Positions 1 to 10,420 of a DNA stretch of 39,467 nt are shown here, piece by piece. A model generated the notes under the pieces. It made no database searches. It was not told the DNA's origin and saw only the letters and a program-made list of their open reading frames with translations. Source of the DNA: a virus (Duplodnaviria; Heunggongvirae; Uroviricota; Caudoviricetes); IMG/VR virus record IMGVR_UViG_2706794683_000014; one strand, written 5' to 3'. A program made the translations under genes and the position numbers. How positions within the stretch are numbered: position 1 is the stretch's first letter; the number at the start of each line of letters is the position of its first letter.

Positions 1-300
1 AATCGCCCCCCGGCAGACCAGCCACCACGGCAAATCACTCTGCACCTGCAGCCGCCGGTCGGCCTCACTCAGCCAGGGCAGACCACCGGGGTGGCTGTGG
101 ACCAGCGCCACAATCTCACCCTGCATCTCTGCCTGCAGCCAGTCCTCCGGAGCCATCCGGAAATACTCCTCCGGCTCACCGGAAATATTCACGCAGGGAA
201 AATATCTTTCCCCCTCCGGTGTTCTCACCACGAAGCCGCACGACTCCGCTGGCGCACATCGCCGGGCGTGCGCCAGAATCGCTGATTCTGTCTCTGTCAT
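1..300 (-). CDS. Tail assembly protein K-like (JAB/MPN family), N-terminal part; gene runs off the window
   Basis: ATG at 298-300 (minus) next to the L stop; hand translation MTETESAILAHARRCAPAESCGFVVRTPEGERYFPCVNISGEPEEYFRMAPEDWLQAEMQGEIVALVHSHPGG... is open to position 1 and matches recalled lambda gpK, including the HSHP JAMM-type motif. Confidence 0.8.
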   Translation of the reverse strand, partial: MTETESAILAHARRCAPAESCGFVVRTPEGERYFPCVNISGEPEEYFRMAPEDWLQAEMQGEIVALVHSHPGGLPWLSEADRRLQVQSDLPWWLVCRGAI

Positions 301-304
301 GGGA

Positions 305-1003
305 TTACTGCGAAAGTTTGTTAATGGAAAGGAAGCCGCCAAAGTTGCCGACGTTATTGCGGAACTTACAACCGCTCAGGCATTTGCTGCATTTATCCTT
401 CGTGATATCGGACGTTGGCTGGTCATATTCATCCGCGACAGCCGGACCGTGATAACCGCACTCATCACCGCGATAGGTCCAGGTGCAGGTATTAGCAAGC
501 ATGATGCGCCCCGGAAAAACAGCGCCGTCCGTTTCCGTCGGCGTGGACAGTACAAAGGAGGCACTGACCGCGCTCAGTTCGCTGCACTGCTCAATACGCC
601 AGCGGCTGATCACCTCCTGCTCCGGATCGGCGTCACTGTTTCCGTTGACGAAGTTCACCGCATCCAGAAAACGGGCGTAAACCTTACGCCTGACCACCGT
701 TCCGCCGACCAGACTCTGCAGGTCTTCCGCCATCCCGGTGACCATGCCGTGCAGATTAGAGACTTTCAGCGTTGGCCTTGCACTGGCACCTTTGCCGTTC
801 ATCTCAAATCCACTCCCCTGAATGGGATAGGCCTGATACTGCCGACTCTGCCAGGTGACAGACTCTCCTTTCTCGTTCTGCTCATTGCAGAAAAAGTAGC
901 GATCCCCGCCTACCTCGGTCAGGTCGATTTCCCAGAGCACCACGCTGGCCGACTGCTCCGCACGAATGCATTCATTCAGCGTTTCCTGTTGTATGTCCTG
1001 CAT
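305..1003 (-). CDS. Minor tail protein L
   Basis: 232 aa ORF; [33 protein letters not shown]... is near-identical to recalled lambda gpL (232 aa). Confidence 0.9.
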   Translation of the reverse strand: MQDIQQETLNECIRAEQSASVVLWEIDLTEVGGDRYFFCNEQNEKGESVTWQSRQYQAYPIQGSGFEMNGKGASARPTLKVSNLHGMVTGMAEDLQSLVGGTVVRRKVYARFLDAVNFVNGNSDADPEQEVISRWRIEQCSELSAVSASFVLSTPTETDGAVFPGRIMLANTCTWTYRGDECGYHGPAVADEYDQPTSDITKDKCSKCLSGCKFRNNVGNFGGFLSINKLSQ

Positions 1004-1341
1004 CAGATCACCACTTCGTCAAACTGACACGAAAAATCGGTATAGGTGATATGTTCTGTCGCTGACCACGTTCGACACACCACTCTGATTTTTCTGTTAA
1101 TACCCGGCGGGCGCCAAAAAAAAGATTTATAGCCTTCATGCCGGGCTAAAAATTTTTCAAATGAATCACGTTCATTCGCCTCAACTTTGAAATCACAGGT
1201 GAAAACGCGCAGAGAATGATTAAGTCCATTTGGACTTCGTTGCTCATAACCATCACCAAATCTTACAGTTTTTATCGATGGTTTATTTTCTGTTTTCATT
1301 CCATCCTCTGGTAACCAGTGAAATTCTTCCGTATTAGCCAC
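1003..1341 (-). CDS. Minor tail protein M
   Basis: 112 aa ORF with the RFGDGY motif; lambda gpM-like in sequence and position between H and L. Confidence 0.85.
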   Translation of the reverse strand: MANTEEFHWLPEDGMKTENKPSIKTVRFGDGYEQRSPNGLNHSLRVFTCDFKVEANERDSFEKFLARHEGYKSFFWRPPGINRKIRVVCRTWSATEHITYTDFSCQFDEVVI

Positions 1342-4300
1342 TTAACATTCCCCCATCACGTCGCATATTTAACAGATTGCCCTGCACCCGCTGATCAACC
1401 ATCCCCATAAGTGCTTTTATTGCCTGAGGGCCAATCTCTCCATTCTGGCCGTCATTTTGAATAGTGATTTGGTATACAGGGGCATAGGTAATATCTCCGC
1501 CTCCATTACCACTTTTACTATTAATAGCTCTGACACCAAGAGAACCATCGGAAGTTCGTGTTAATGGCATAATGGCTTCCGGTCCAGCCTCACCAAAAAC
1601 ACCAGCCCCTTTTGCAAAAGCAAAAAATTGCGGGGAATCATAAATACCGTTCGAATACGTGCTCAATGACGGAGACTCATAAACACCGCCCTTTGCATTC
1701 GGAATAAATTTACTAATAGCACTCCCGATAGTTCCTAAAATCCCCCCAGAAGAACTGTTACTAATGCTGTCGAAAATCCCAGTAATTGAAGCCTTTAATG
1801 CTATTCGACTAAGATCCGAAATCACGGAAGTAGCGAAAGAACGAAAATTTGCCTTGCCTGTCGTGACAAAATCACCCAGCGCATCGGTCATCCCATCAAA
1901 CATCTGAGTCGTGGTTGATTTTATCTGCTCACTGATATCCTTAGTGTCATCCAGCCAGTTATTGAATCCCTGGGAGGCACCACTAACCCAGTCTCCTGCC
2001 TGAATATCGAGCTGCTCGTTTTTCTGTCTGACAATTTCTTTTTCCCGTTCCAGAGCATCATTCAGAGCCTGCATTTTCTCTTGAAAAACATGATCTGACA
2101 TTCCACGGGATTTATCTGCATAGTCACGTTCAAGTTGCAGACGCTGATTGTTATATCCATGTTCAATCCGCAGTAATTCCTGCTGGCGTTGCTGATTTTT
2201 ATCGCCAACCCCATAACCAGCAATCTGAATATCATACCCCTGCTGACGATTATCAATCGAAGCCTGCAATGAATCACGCCATGCTGTTATTTCGGCGGAT
2301 TCCTTGATTAGCCTGTTATTTTTTTCAATCGCAACATTTTTCTCCATCAACGTGGTTATTTCTTCCCGGTGTAAGAGAAGCGATTTCTGATCCTGGGTTA
2401 ATTTCGATGATGGTCGTGACTCTAGGTCGGCAATCCGCTGACGCCACTTAACCAGTTCCTGTTCAGAGGAACTTAATTTAACGGTCAACTCAGCTTGTGA
2501 ACTTAGTAACGCATTCTGTTGATTCAGATGATCAATCATTCGTTGGGCTGCATCATCAGAATAACCTTTCGCCTTTGGTTGCTTTGGATCTTTATAACGC
2601 TCATTTATTTGAGCGATAAGATTATTATATTCTTCCTTTGAATACTGATTCTTTAGCTTTTCCAGTTTTGCAAGTTCACTAGCTCTCTGCTGCTCCCGGG
2701 TCTGATATTGTTTTGAAAAGGCATCTGCTCTCTGTCTGAGTTCAATTCCTTCCTGTTGTCGCTTGTTGTAATCGTTTATTGATGAATTTAGTACGTCCTG
2801 AGCAATTTTTTCTGCTTGAAGTACGCCCAATTGCTGCTTTAATCGTGCCAGCCTTTTATTTTGAGCTCCGCCATCTCCAATGCCACCTAACCCGAAAACT
2901 CCGGGTCGGGTATTTTTTTCTATTTCATCAATTTGACGGAGAACATCTGAGATTTTTTGATCAAGGGAGGCCTCACGGCCAATATCCAGCATGGAATCCC
3001 ATGCCCATTTTGCGGAGTCTGCGACAGCTTTCCATGCAGTCTCAAGATAACCAAGATTTTCTTTAATCTGGTTGGTGCGCTGGATCATTGAGGATGAGTA
3101 TTCTTCTGTCGCAATGCGGGCGGCCTCCTGCTGGTTCCCTTCATCCTGTAGCGCCTTAATCTGGTTATAAGTCGCAAGTGTCAGAAAATGGTACTGATCA
3201 TTAAGTTTTGATATGGCACTGACAGGATCCTTTGCAATTTCATTGAAGTCATTAACCAGTTGTTCGGTTGATATTCCTGTTACTTCGCTCGTTTTTACTA
3301 TCGCTGTCGTCACTTGCTCCAGCGAACTGCTCGCTACCTTTCCCGAACGCACAAGCTGATTTAATACTGCCGCCGCAGCACCAGTTGTCGAATCAGCCGC
3401 ATTCCCGGCACGTTGAGCTATATCGCCCAATTGCCCGCTGGTTGTCCCCAACTGATTTCCGGTAAGAATAAGAGATTTATTAAATTCGTCCTGCTCCTGA
3501 GAGCCTTTATAGTAAGCCAGTCCTAAGACCCCAACGGCTGCTGCGGCCAGGGTAAAAGGATTAATTAATCCCAGCACATAAGAACCTACACCTTTGATCG
3601 CCGGGCCAATCCCACCGAACATATCTTTTAGCTGGCCGCCCTGCTGCATTAACACCATAAATGGCGACTGACCAGTGGACAACCCAACAACAATATCCGT
3701 CATTTGTACAGGCAACATGCGCATAGCAAAAGCCGTTTGTTTTGCCGACATTCCGGTTTTGCTTAATTGTGATTGAGTAACCTCAAGCTCACTCCGCATA
3801 GCACGAAGTTTTCCAGAAAGCTCCTCATACATTTCAGGAGAAAGCATCCCCTTAGCTTTTGCTTCATTGAGCTGTTTCTGTTGTTCTACCAGACGATTAA
3901 AAGCAGTTCCGACAGGATCAAGTTGAGCAATCAGACGTTGCAAAGCAACAACCTGTTCATCATGCGCTTTTGCTGCTTCTCGCTCTGCCTGAGCCTCTCC
4001 GGTAAGCTCTCGCCGTGTTTCCTGTATTTTTCGGCTATAATTCTCAAACTGAGAACCATTTATTTTCCCGGATGCAAACGCAGCATTAAGTTCATCATGC
4101 TGTTGTTCAAGATTTCTTAGCGCCGCAGCCAGAGGGTCGATCTTGTCCAGCATTCTTTGAAAGGCCTGAGCCTGCGCTTCCTGCTGGGCGGCAGCAAGTT
4201 TTCCGGCCTTCTCGGCTTCTCTCTGCGCTTGCGCAACCCCGCTCAATTCCTCTGTGGTTTCATTAAGTTTACGGACAAGAAATTCATATTCTTCTTTATC

Positions 4301-4567
4301 AATAAGCCCTTTATCGAAAAATTTCTTTAATTCAGAATAGCGTCGACCGACAGTATCAATTGCGGCACCAACTGGATCAATAGCTGCTTTTAATTTTGCG
4401 AGCGCGTTCTTCTCATCTTCTGTTGCCTTAGTCACTTTCCCTGCGCTATTTGCAGCAGTTTCCCCAGCCTGCGTCATTTTGACTAATGAGGAGGTCAGAT
4501 TGTCAGCATTATTTTTCGCTCCAGTGCTATCAATAATTATTGCGAGACGCGAGGTTTGCTCTGCCAT
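1334..4567 (-). CDS. Tail tape measure protein (gpH-like)
   Basis: 1077 aa ORF, alanine/glutamine-rich coiled-coil N-terminal half, glycine-rich C-terminal region; sits between the GT chaperone and M. Confidence 0.9.
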   Translation of the reverse strand: MAEQTSRLAIIIDSTGAKNNADNLTSSLVKMTQAGETAANSAGKVTKATEDEKNALAKLKAAIDPVGAAIDTVGRRYSELKKFFDKGLIDKEEYEFLVRKLNETTEELSGVAQAQREAEKAGKLAAAQQEAQAQAFQRMLDKIDPLAAALRNLEQQHDELNAAFASGKINGSQFENYSRKIQETRRELTGEAQAEREAAKAHDEQVVALQRLIAQLDPVGTAFNRLVEQQKQLNEAKAKGMLSPEMYEELSGKLRAMRSELEVTQSQLSKTGMSAKQTAFAMRMLPVQMTDIVVGLSTGQSPFMVLMQQGGQLKDMFGGIGPAIKGVGSYVLGLINPFTLAAAAVGVLGLAYYKGSQEQDEFNKSLILTGNQLGTTSGQLGDIAQRAGNAADSTTGAAAAVLNQLVRSGKVASSSLEQVTTAIVKTSEVTGISTEQLVNDFNEIAKDPVSAISKLNDQYHFLTLATYNQIKALQDEGNQQEAARIATEEYSSSMIQRTNQIKENLGYLETAWKAVADSAKWAWDSMLDIGREASLDQKISDVLRQIDEIEKNTRPGVFGLGGIGDGGAQNKRLARLKQQLGVLQAEKIAQDVLNSSINDYNKRQQEGIELRQRADAFSKQYQTREQQRASELAKLEKLKNQYSKEEYNNLIAQINERYKDPKQPKAKGYSDDAAQRMIDHLNQQNALLSSQAELTVKLSSSEQELVKWRQRIADLESRPSSKLTQDQKSLLLHREEITTLMEKNVAIEKNNRLIKESAEITAWRDSLQASIDNRQQGYDIQIAGYGVGDKNQQRQQELLRIEHGYNNQRLQLERDYADKSRGMSDHVFQEKMQALNDALEREKEIVRQKNEQLDIQAGDWVSGASQGFNNWLDDTKDISEQIKSTTTQMFDGMTDALGDFVTTGKANFRSFATSVISDLSRIALKASITGIFDSISNSSSGGILGTIGSAISKFIPNAKGGVYESPSLSTYSNGIYDSPQFFAFAKGAGVFGEAGPEAIMPLTRTSDGSLGVRAINSKSGNGGGDITYAPVYQITIQNDGQNGEIGPQAIKALMGMVDQRVQGNLLNMRRDGGMLSG

Positions 4568-4580
4568 TTATTAAAACTCC

Positions 4581-4611
4581 TGACAACAAAAAACCCACCG
4601 CGAAGTGGGTT
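4581..4611 (-). terminator. Hairpin plus T-run between the chaperone genes and the tape measure gene (possible attenuator)
   Basis: Plus-strand aaaaaacccaccgcgaagtgggtt: 7-bp stem (4592-4598 / 4605-4611) followed on the minus strand by TTTTGTTG; lies just upstream of the H ribosome-binding site. Confidence 0.3.
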
Positions 4612-4732
4612 TCAGGCGACATAATAGTAGATATAGCGATTACGAGGCCACGCAATGCTTTTCTCCAGGAGCATCATCGATTTAATTAAAGACACCATCA
4701 CATCTCTGTAACAGAGTGTACGTAATTAACAA

Positions 4733-5502
4733 CTACACACACTGCTCCTGAAAATACTGGTCATCCAGTGCAAAGATCACTGCTTCAAATTCATCGCGCT
4801 CAATCAATACCGGATGAGTGGCTAAATATTCATTTATCTCTGTCAGAGATAAAGGCAAAGGCACCCCAGCCATTCCAGCATAACGTCGGGCACGGGATAT
4901 TACCGAATAGGCGTACAACAACTCCTTAAGCACCGGGTCTATTTCTGGTTCCGGTATCGGTGGCAACCTGAGTTTTTCTCGCTTCCATCTTGCCTTTTCC
5001 CCCCTTTCTCCCCCGAACTCCGATAACCACCGCTGGGCAGCTATGGCTTTTTTATCGTATCCTGCTTCTGCTGCTCTTTACCCTGGGCGATGCTGGCTGC
5101 TTCTGCAAGGATCTGCCAGTACAACTCTGGATTCTGCTTAAGCAGCGCGATCCCTCGTTCTGCCGTATATTCCAGTGCAACCTCAACACCATTAACCAGT
5201 TCACCAACCCCTTTCCAGTCTTTCAGCAGATAACGAGCGGCATTATCAATGAGTAAATCATCAACAGAATCCACCTCGGAAACCTTTGAAATATCAAACT
5301 CCTTCGTTCCGACGTGCAAACTGGCATCCATTTTCTCAATGTGGCGACGGATTAATGCATTACGGGAGCGATACTGATCGTTATCGCTGCTTGCCACCAA
5401 CAGTTTTAACCCGTCTACAGGTTTTAAGTCCTTCATTGGCGTAAACCAGCGTTCTCCACCAATGATAATTTTCTGATTAAGAATAAACATCCATAACCTC
5501 AT
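4733..5502 (-). CDS. Tail assembly chaperone GT fusion made by programmed -1 frameshift
   Basis: Slippery heptamer A_AAA_AAG at 5047..5053 (minus strand), 2 codons before the G stop; the -1 frame is open from the slip site into the 4733..4966 ORF (…AIAAQRWLSEFGGERGEKARWKREKLRLPPIPEPE…). Confidence 0.7.
5041..5502 (-). CDS. Tail assembly chaperone G-like
   Basis: 153 aa ORF ending ...QKQDTIKKP; directly upstream of the T-like frame; the true start may be the ATG at 5490 (MFILNQ...). Confidence 0.8.
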   Translation of the reverse strand: MRLWMFILNQKIIIGGERWFTPMKDLKPVDGLKLLVASSDNDQYRSRNALIRRHIEKMDASLHVGTKEFDISKVSEVDSVDDLLIDNAARYLLKDWKGVGELVNGVEVALEYTAERGIALLKQNPELYWQILAEAASIAQGKEQQKQDTIKKP

Positions 5503-5550
5503 TCAATGCGTCCCCCTGTAGGGCAGTACCACAGGAGGAATAACGGAAAA

Positions 5551-6513
5551 TCAACTAATCGCCTCAGCACTGGCTTTTGCGATCACGGCAGCCGGGGAAT
5601 TTTTTTTTCTGGTTATCGTAGGTGCTTCATCTGCTGCGGTAATGCTCAATTGAACCTGGATAATGTCGCTATTACCCCCATCAGGCCATTCACCTGACAC
5701 CTGAACCTTCGGGAAACTGAAAGTGTATGCCCCCTCTCCATTCGAAAGCGTGAAGCTGAACGGAACTGTTTCTCCAGTCAGTGTTTTACTCCAGATTTCC
5801 CACGCGGCTTTAGACCATGAAAGCGTCACCGTACCGGACGGTGTAAAAGTAGTCGGAATATTTGCTCCTGCATAAGGCGAGCCAGTCCCGATACAACGCT
5901 GTGTCTGGAGTTTGTTATCGAACTGAATATCAAAACTGTCGATACAAAAACCGTTACCTCCGGCAACACCATTCAGGCTTACTGCTGAAACCTCCTTAAA
6001 CGAATAACGTAGCTTTCCTGCACTATCCACAGGTTCGCCTTTGATAAAATTCGTATCATCGGCCTTTGATTCCCAGTCCAGTCCGGCAAAGGTTACGGTC
6101 GCTGTAATATCGCCGTCGTTAGGGATCTGCATTTTCCATGAGCCAACCTGCGCTCCTCTGACGACAGAGGCAATTCCGACATCGGACGCATAGGTCGCCA
6201 GAGAAAATGTTATTCGCTCATTCCCCATTGTCAGAGAATCGCCTGACCATTCCGCGCCGAAACAGGATGCAAGAAAATCATCATGTTGACCCCAGCGAAA
6301 TTTGGTACCAACATCACCGCCGACATCCACAGTGCCAGGCGTCGCCCCCTGAGCCATCCGGGAGCCACCAATCTCATTATTTTCGCCTTTATTCTGGGTG
6401 GGTTTTACTCCCCAGCTTGTGCGTTTTAATAAACTCCAGTCACCACTTGCTGGCGTAGTGCCTGCAACCGTCTCCCGGATAAATGCCGAGATAACCTTTG
6501 CACCTGAACTCAC
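5551..6513 (-). CDS. Major tail protein (gpV-like)
   Basis: 320 aa ORF between the terminator-like protein and G/GT; serine/threonine/glycine-rich C-terminal region typical of an Ig-like extension. Confidence 0.8.
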   Translation of the reverse strand: MSSGAKVISAFIRETVAGTTPASGDWSLLKRTSWGVKPTQNKGENNEIGGSRMAQGATPGTVDVGGDVGTKFRWGQHDDFLASCFGAEWSGDSLTMGNERITFSLATYASDVGIASVVRGAQVGSWKMQIPNDGDITATVTFAGLDWESKADDTNFIKGEPVDSAGKLRYSFKEVSAVSLNGVAGGNGFCIDSFDIQFDNKLQTQRCIGTGSPYAGANIPTTFTPSGTVTLSWSKAAWEIWSKTLTGETVPFSFTLSNGEGAYTFSFPKVQVSGEWPDGGNSDIIQVQLSITAADEAPTITRKKNSPAAVIAKASAEAIS

Positions 6514-6539
6514 AGGAGCCTCCTATGTCATTAATTGCG

Positions 6540-6932
6540 CTAGAGCGCGCGATATGGAATTTGAAGATTAAGCTGGAACCAGCCATTCTTTTCGCCAACG
6601 GCTATTGAGGAAACAGCCTGGTAACTGAGACGATCGTCATCCTGAAACTCAAACAGTTCCCGCAATTTATCGGCTGTCTCAGTAATGAGTTTTGAACCAG
6701 AACCTGCGGGGACAAATAACTGAATAATGATTATCCCCGTGCGATAAACAACCGGCCCCGCGCCAATTTCATTAACTCCAGCCTGCCCGGGAATATTACT
6801 TAACCGCGCCCAGATTAACTTACCGGAAGGATCGAACGTTGGCCCGTTCGGATACAATACGTCTTTTCCATCAATAATCGTCTGTGCCGTCATTCTGGAA
6901 ATAACCGTATTTCTGATTTCAGTAAACTTCAT
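6540..6932 (-). CDS. Tail terminator protein (gpU position)
   Basis: 130 aa ORF immediately upstream of the major tail gene; assigned by synteny and size. Confidence 0.6.
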   Translation of the reverse strand: MKFTEIRNTVISRMTAQTIIDGKDVLYPNGPTFDPSGKLIWARLSNIPGQAGVNEIGAGPVVYRTGIIIIQLFVPAGSGSKLITETADKLRELFEFQDDDRLSYQAVSSIAVGEKNGWFQLNLQIPYRAL

Positions 6933-7309
6933 TTGTAAGCCTGTAAAACACCATGAAAAGCGTTGGCATACACGCCAGTTGGCGCTTGTTGTGAATGACC
7001 GTTTTCAAGAGCCTCTGCATAAGGAAGGTTATTCTGGATATAAATAACCCCGTAATTTGCAGCTTTCGAAATAACCCCGATCCCACGCTGAACAGCAATC
7101 GTACCGTTCGGATCCACGTTATCAGATATACCAAAATCGGGATGCTGTAACGACACCAGGTTGTTATTTCTGAAACGTCCGGTATCAACCGGAGCAGCAA
7201 TATCAATAGCAGTAAGAATCTGCATAGCGATGTAGCGAATCTTCAGCCCTACATCTTCCTCAATCATCCCGGCAAATATTGACGGTTCTATATCCCATGC
7301 CTTTGCCAT
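6929..7309 (-). CDS. Tail completion protein (HK97 gp10 / Z-like)
   Basis: 126 aa ORF with a PVDTGRFRNN motif recalled from the HK97 gp10 family; position matches. Confidence 0.6.
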   Translation of the reverse strand: MAKAWDIEPSIFAGMIEEDVGLKIRYIAMQILTAIDIAAPVDTGRFRNNNLVSLQHPDFGISDNVDPNGTIAVQRGIGVISKAANYGVIYIQNNLPYAEALENGHSQQAPTGVYANAFHGVLQAYK

Positions 7310-7693
7310 TTACGCTCTCCTTAACTGGATAGAGTAAACTGATGCGGAAGGATCTACACTTGCTGTAATTACCTCGTATCGTTGTAACTGCCTTGATACA
7401 GGATCATAAATCTCAATAATATGGTCGACAGCTGGTTTATCCGTAACCTCGCATACCAGAGCGGTTAATTTAAGGTCACCATGCAAAATATTAATCCCAT
7501 CAATTCTGCCCAGCTTATAACGTGTCAACACGCCTCGCCCGGTATAGATTGCGGTTGATTCGCCGCCAGTTTCCGTCACAGGATCCCAGTGCCGGTGCGT
7601 AACGTAAGAACCAGAAAAATCACTCACGGCGTCCGCTAAATCCTCATCAAAAGCAGCGGCAACCTCTGACTGAATCTCTTCACGAAGCCCCAT
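7310..7693 (-). CDS. Head-tail joining / head closure protein (putative)
   Basis: 127 aa ORF, translationally coupled to its neighbours inside the head-tail connector cluster. Confidence 0.55.
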   Translation of the reverse strand: MGLREEIQSEVAAAFDEDLADAVSDFSGSYVTHRHWDPVTETGGESTAIYTGRGVLTRYKLGRIDGINILHGDLKLTALVCEVTDKPAVDHIIEIYDPVSRQLQRYEVITASVDPSASVYSIQLRRA

Positions 7694-8088
7694 TATCCCC
7701 CCCTCACAACCCTGACTTGTGAGCGACTAAGTCCGTACGGTTTCAGCAGTGCTATCGCAAGCTGTAAATCGGGTTCAAGCAATGCAGTGCTGTTTGCTGG
7801 CAACTCAGAAAATGATTTCGATACACTGACCCCGTCAGCCGACACGGCTTTACTGATAACAACGCCAGAATCATTTTTCTGCTGAAACAACTTACCGAAT
7901 GAGGCAATTCTGGCTGCATATGCTCCCGCAAGTTTTACCTCTTCCGGAATACGGGATGGGTTAATTTTCAGGTTGAAGCCATTAAGCCAGGCATTAGCCA
8001 TTAAAACAGCTTTATTTTTAGCGTTCTCACTCGTCCAGGCGTTCCCAAACGCATTATCAACGTCATCACAGGTCACGTAAGTGATCAT
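7693..8088 (-). CDS. Head-tail connector / adaptor protein (putative)
   Basis: 131 aa ORF preceded by a GGAG Shine-Dalgarno; lies between the capsid gene and the joining proteins. Confidence 0.55.
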   Translation of the reverse strand: MITYVTCDDVDNAFGNAWTSENAKNKAVLMANAWLNGFNLKINPSRIPEEVKLAGAYAARIASFGKLFQQKNDSGVVISKAVSADGVSVSKSFSELPANSTALLEPDLQLAIALLKPYGLSRSQVRVVRGG

Positions 8089-8091
8089 GTG

Positions 8092-8268
8092 TTACTCCTG
8101 AGTTTTCCAGCCCATAGCCTTCCAGTTGTCAACTTCATCAGGATGAACATTAGCGATAGTTGGTGCGCCGGGAAACATCTGATAATCGGTCACCATAACC
8201 ACTAACTCAATTTGCGTTTTTTGTGCGGCTTCACGCTGTGCTCTTTGCTCTTTAGTTAATCCGGCCAT
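8092..8268 (-). CDS. Small hypothetical protein (58 aa) between capsid and connector genes
   Basis: Hand-translated MAGLTKEQRAQREAAQKTQIELVVMVTDYQMFPGAPTIANVHPDEVDNWKAMGWKTQE; tightly packed (stop at 8092, next gene starts at 8088); below the 60-aa cut-off of the ORF track. Confidence 0.35.
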   Translation of the reverse strand: MAGLTKEQRAQREAAQKTQIELVVMVTDYQMFPGAPTIANVHPDEVDNWKAMGWKTQE

Positions 8269-8310
8269 ATGCCCCCCATTAAAAATGGGGCCGAAGCCCC
8301 GTTTGAATGT

Positions 8311-9450
8311 TTAACCAAGAATCAGACAACCATGTGCCGGCTTCACTGATGAAACACCCCATGCCAGTCCAACTTCATAGCGCACCTGGCGATACTGACG
8401 ATACAGTGCAATCTGGAACGTAATCCCTGAAATCGGGTCCGTAACATTCATTACATCATCAGCATTATCGCCACCTTCCGGCATTGCCGGAGTACGGGAT
8501 GCCAGCAGAAACGCGTTGCGATCAAACGCCATATTTGCAGTAAAGGCCCCAACAACTGTGATGGCAGTATCATCGGCCAGATCCTGACGCAGTCCGGGCG
8601 CTGCAAGAGTAATCAGATTGCTGGTCGCTGCTGCCACAACATACTGATTCGGATCACCAGCGAACGTAACAATCTGACCTGCAGAAATACTCCCCGAACC
8701 AGTATCAATGGAAATAAGAACATCGCCTTCTTTTTTCTCTCCATTCACGAGATAACCAGTTGCAGCAACCTTTGGCGCTCGTTTCACACCTGCCGAACTG
8801 TGAATATTGAATCCCTCCAGACGCCCCAACACGCCCTCACGCAGTAGCTGTTCAGTGCCGGATTCATTCACTTTAAACAATACAGACTGTTTTCCGCGCA
8901 AATTAGCAATGGCAGTGGAGCCAAGCACCATCTGCAGATCGGTTGTCGGTGCGCCGTTATCCTCCAGAACCTGACGAGCCAGAGCAGCATCAGAAAGATC
9001 ATCTTTAACACCAAACGGCGTTGTCCCTGCGGTTCCCACGGCGCGGGAAGCACCGAAATACAACGCACCAAGATCAGCCTCAACCTCGTTTGCAAGGGCG
9101 CGAAAAGCCTGCTTGAACTGATCAGCCAGAATGGTGTTGTAAGTCCCTGAAGGGCCAAGAGCCAGTTGTTCTTCACCATTCCATTTAACCGGTGCCATTT
9201 TGGATTTAGTAATTTTTACATCAACAGTGCCAATATTTTGATCACCGGTATTCGGAGCTGACGGCCCCGGTACGATATCTTCGGTTTTCGCCTCAGGCGC
9301 AACTGGCGCGGTTACCGTCTGATCTTTTGCTGCGGCGTCAGCTTTTGCGTTTTTTGCTACCGCAGGGATAAAACCTACCTGCTCACGGGATACAACATCC
9401 AGGGCGGTATAAATAGTCGGGATCAACCCGGTCAGGGTATTTCCAGCCAT
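8311..9450 (-). CDS. Major capsid protein (P22-coat-like family)
   Basis: Likely start at the internal Met (MAGNTLTGLIPTIYTALDVVSREQVGFIPAV...), 379 aa; this N-terminus is recalled from P22-coat-type prophage capsid proteins; follows the scaffold gene. Confidence 0.75.
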   Translation of the reverse strand: MAGNTLTGLIPTIYTALDVVSREQVGFIPAVAKNAKADAAAKDQTVTAPVAPEAKTEDIVPGPSAPNTGDQNIGTVDVKITKSKMAPVKWNGEEQLALGPSGTYNTILADQFKQAFRALANEVEADLGALYFGASRAVGTAGTTPFGVKDDLSDAALARQVLEDNGAPTTDLQMVLGSTAIANLRGKQSVLFKVNESGTEQLLREGVLGRLEGFNIHSSAGVKRAPKVAATGYLVNGEKKEGDVLISIDTGSGSISAGQIVTFAGDPNQYVVAAATSNLITLAAPGLRQDLADDTAITVVGAFTANMAFDRNAFLLASRTPAMPEGGDNADDVMNVTDPISGITFQIALYRQYRQVRYEVGLAWGVSSVKPAHGCLILG

Positions 9451-9548
9451 AATTAAATATTCCTTAAAAATTTGCGTAATTGTGAATAGATGGAGTAATG
9501 AGCTATCCAGCCCTGACACCAGCTCCCATCCGGAAGCTGACAAATGTG

Positions 9549-10150
9549 TTAATCAACGATTGTGATACCGTCTTTCAATGCGTTTTGCTTACCTGCAACA
9601 TCCAGTGCATCAAAAGCAGAGCGTTTCATCGTTTTCTGACCAATATCATGCTGTGTCGGACGGGAGCCGCCGCCATTGTTGCCACTGGCTTTCAGGATGT
9701 AGTCTTTCTGAGGGTAATTTTCGACAAGGAACTCCAGCGCCTCATCAAACTGCGCCAGTTCGCCAGGCTTCGCGCGGGAATAAATTTTGTTGCCGGAAGC
9801 GTCATAAGCAACGATCCTCCCTTCTTCCACTTTGAATGCCTGCCCGAAGCGGGCTTGTAATAAATCTGCCGGAATCGCAATTTTATCGGCAATATATTTT
9901 GAACCCGCAAAACTACCGCCAATCATAGAATCGTAAAGCTGCTTCTCCAGCATCTGAGAGCGTTGCTTTTCTTCATCTAATTGCTGCTGAAAATTTTTCG
10001 TAATTTCTGCCTTAACCTGGTCAACCTGTCCCGCATCGAGCAGCTTTTTCTGGTCGATTTTTGACAGCATTTCCAGTGCCTCGATCGCCTTCTTCGGGTC
10101 TTCGATAGCGGCAAACTTAGCCAGTTTTTCCTCTGCAGCTTCTTTAGCCA
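9549..10150 (-). CDS. Scaffolding protein, C-terminal part (5' end lost in the N run)
   Basis: Open frame runs from the N run to a stop at 9549; charged, lysine/glutamate/glutamine-rich coiled-coil-like sequence; located just upstream of the capsid gene. Confidence 0.55.
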
Positions 10151-10412
10151 NNNNNNNNNNNNNNNNNNNNNNNNNNNNNNNNNNNNNNNNNNNNNNNNNN
10201 NNNNNNNNNNNNNNNNNNNNNNNNNNNNNNNNNNNNNNNNNNNNNNNNNNNNNNNNNNNNNNNNNNNNNNNNNNNNNNNNNNNNNNNNNNNNNNNNNNNN
10301 NNNNNNNNNNNNNNNNNNNNNNNNNNNNNNNNNNNNNNNNNNNNNNNNNNNNNNNNNNNNNNNNNNNNNNNNNNNNNNNNNNNNNNNNNNNNNNNNNNNN
10401 NNNNNNNNNNNN
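10151..10412. other. Masked/undetermined sequence (262 N)
   Basis: Run of n in the input; interrupts the scaffold gene 5' region. Confidence 1.
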
Positions 10413-10420
10413 TGATTTAT

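Noticed and set aside
299-1027. 242-aa plus-strand ORF across the tail L region, and similar long ORFs antisense to H, V and the capsid gene (e.g. 2779..3066, 3773..4120, 8868..9179)
   Set aside because: They lie antisense to genes with strong protein-level identity to known phage proteins; no ribosome-binding sites noted; typical shadow ORFs.
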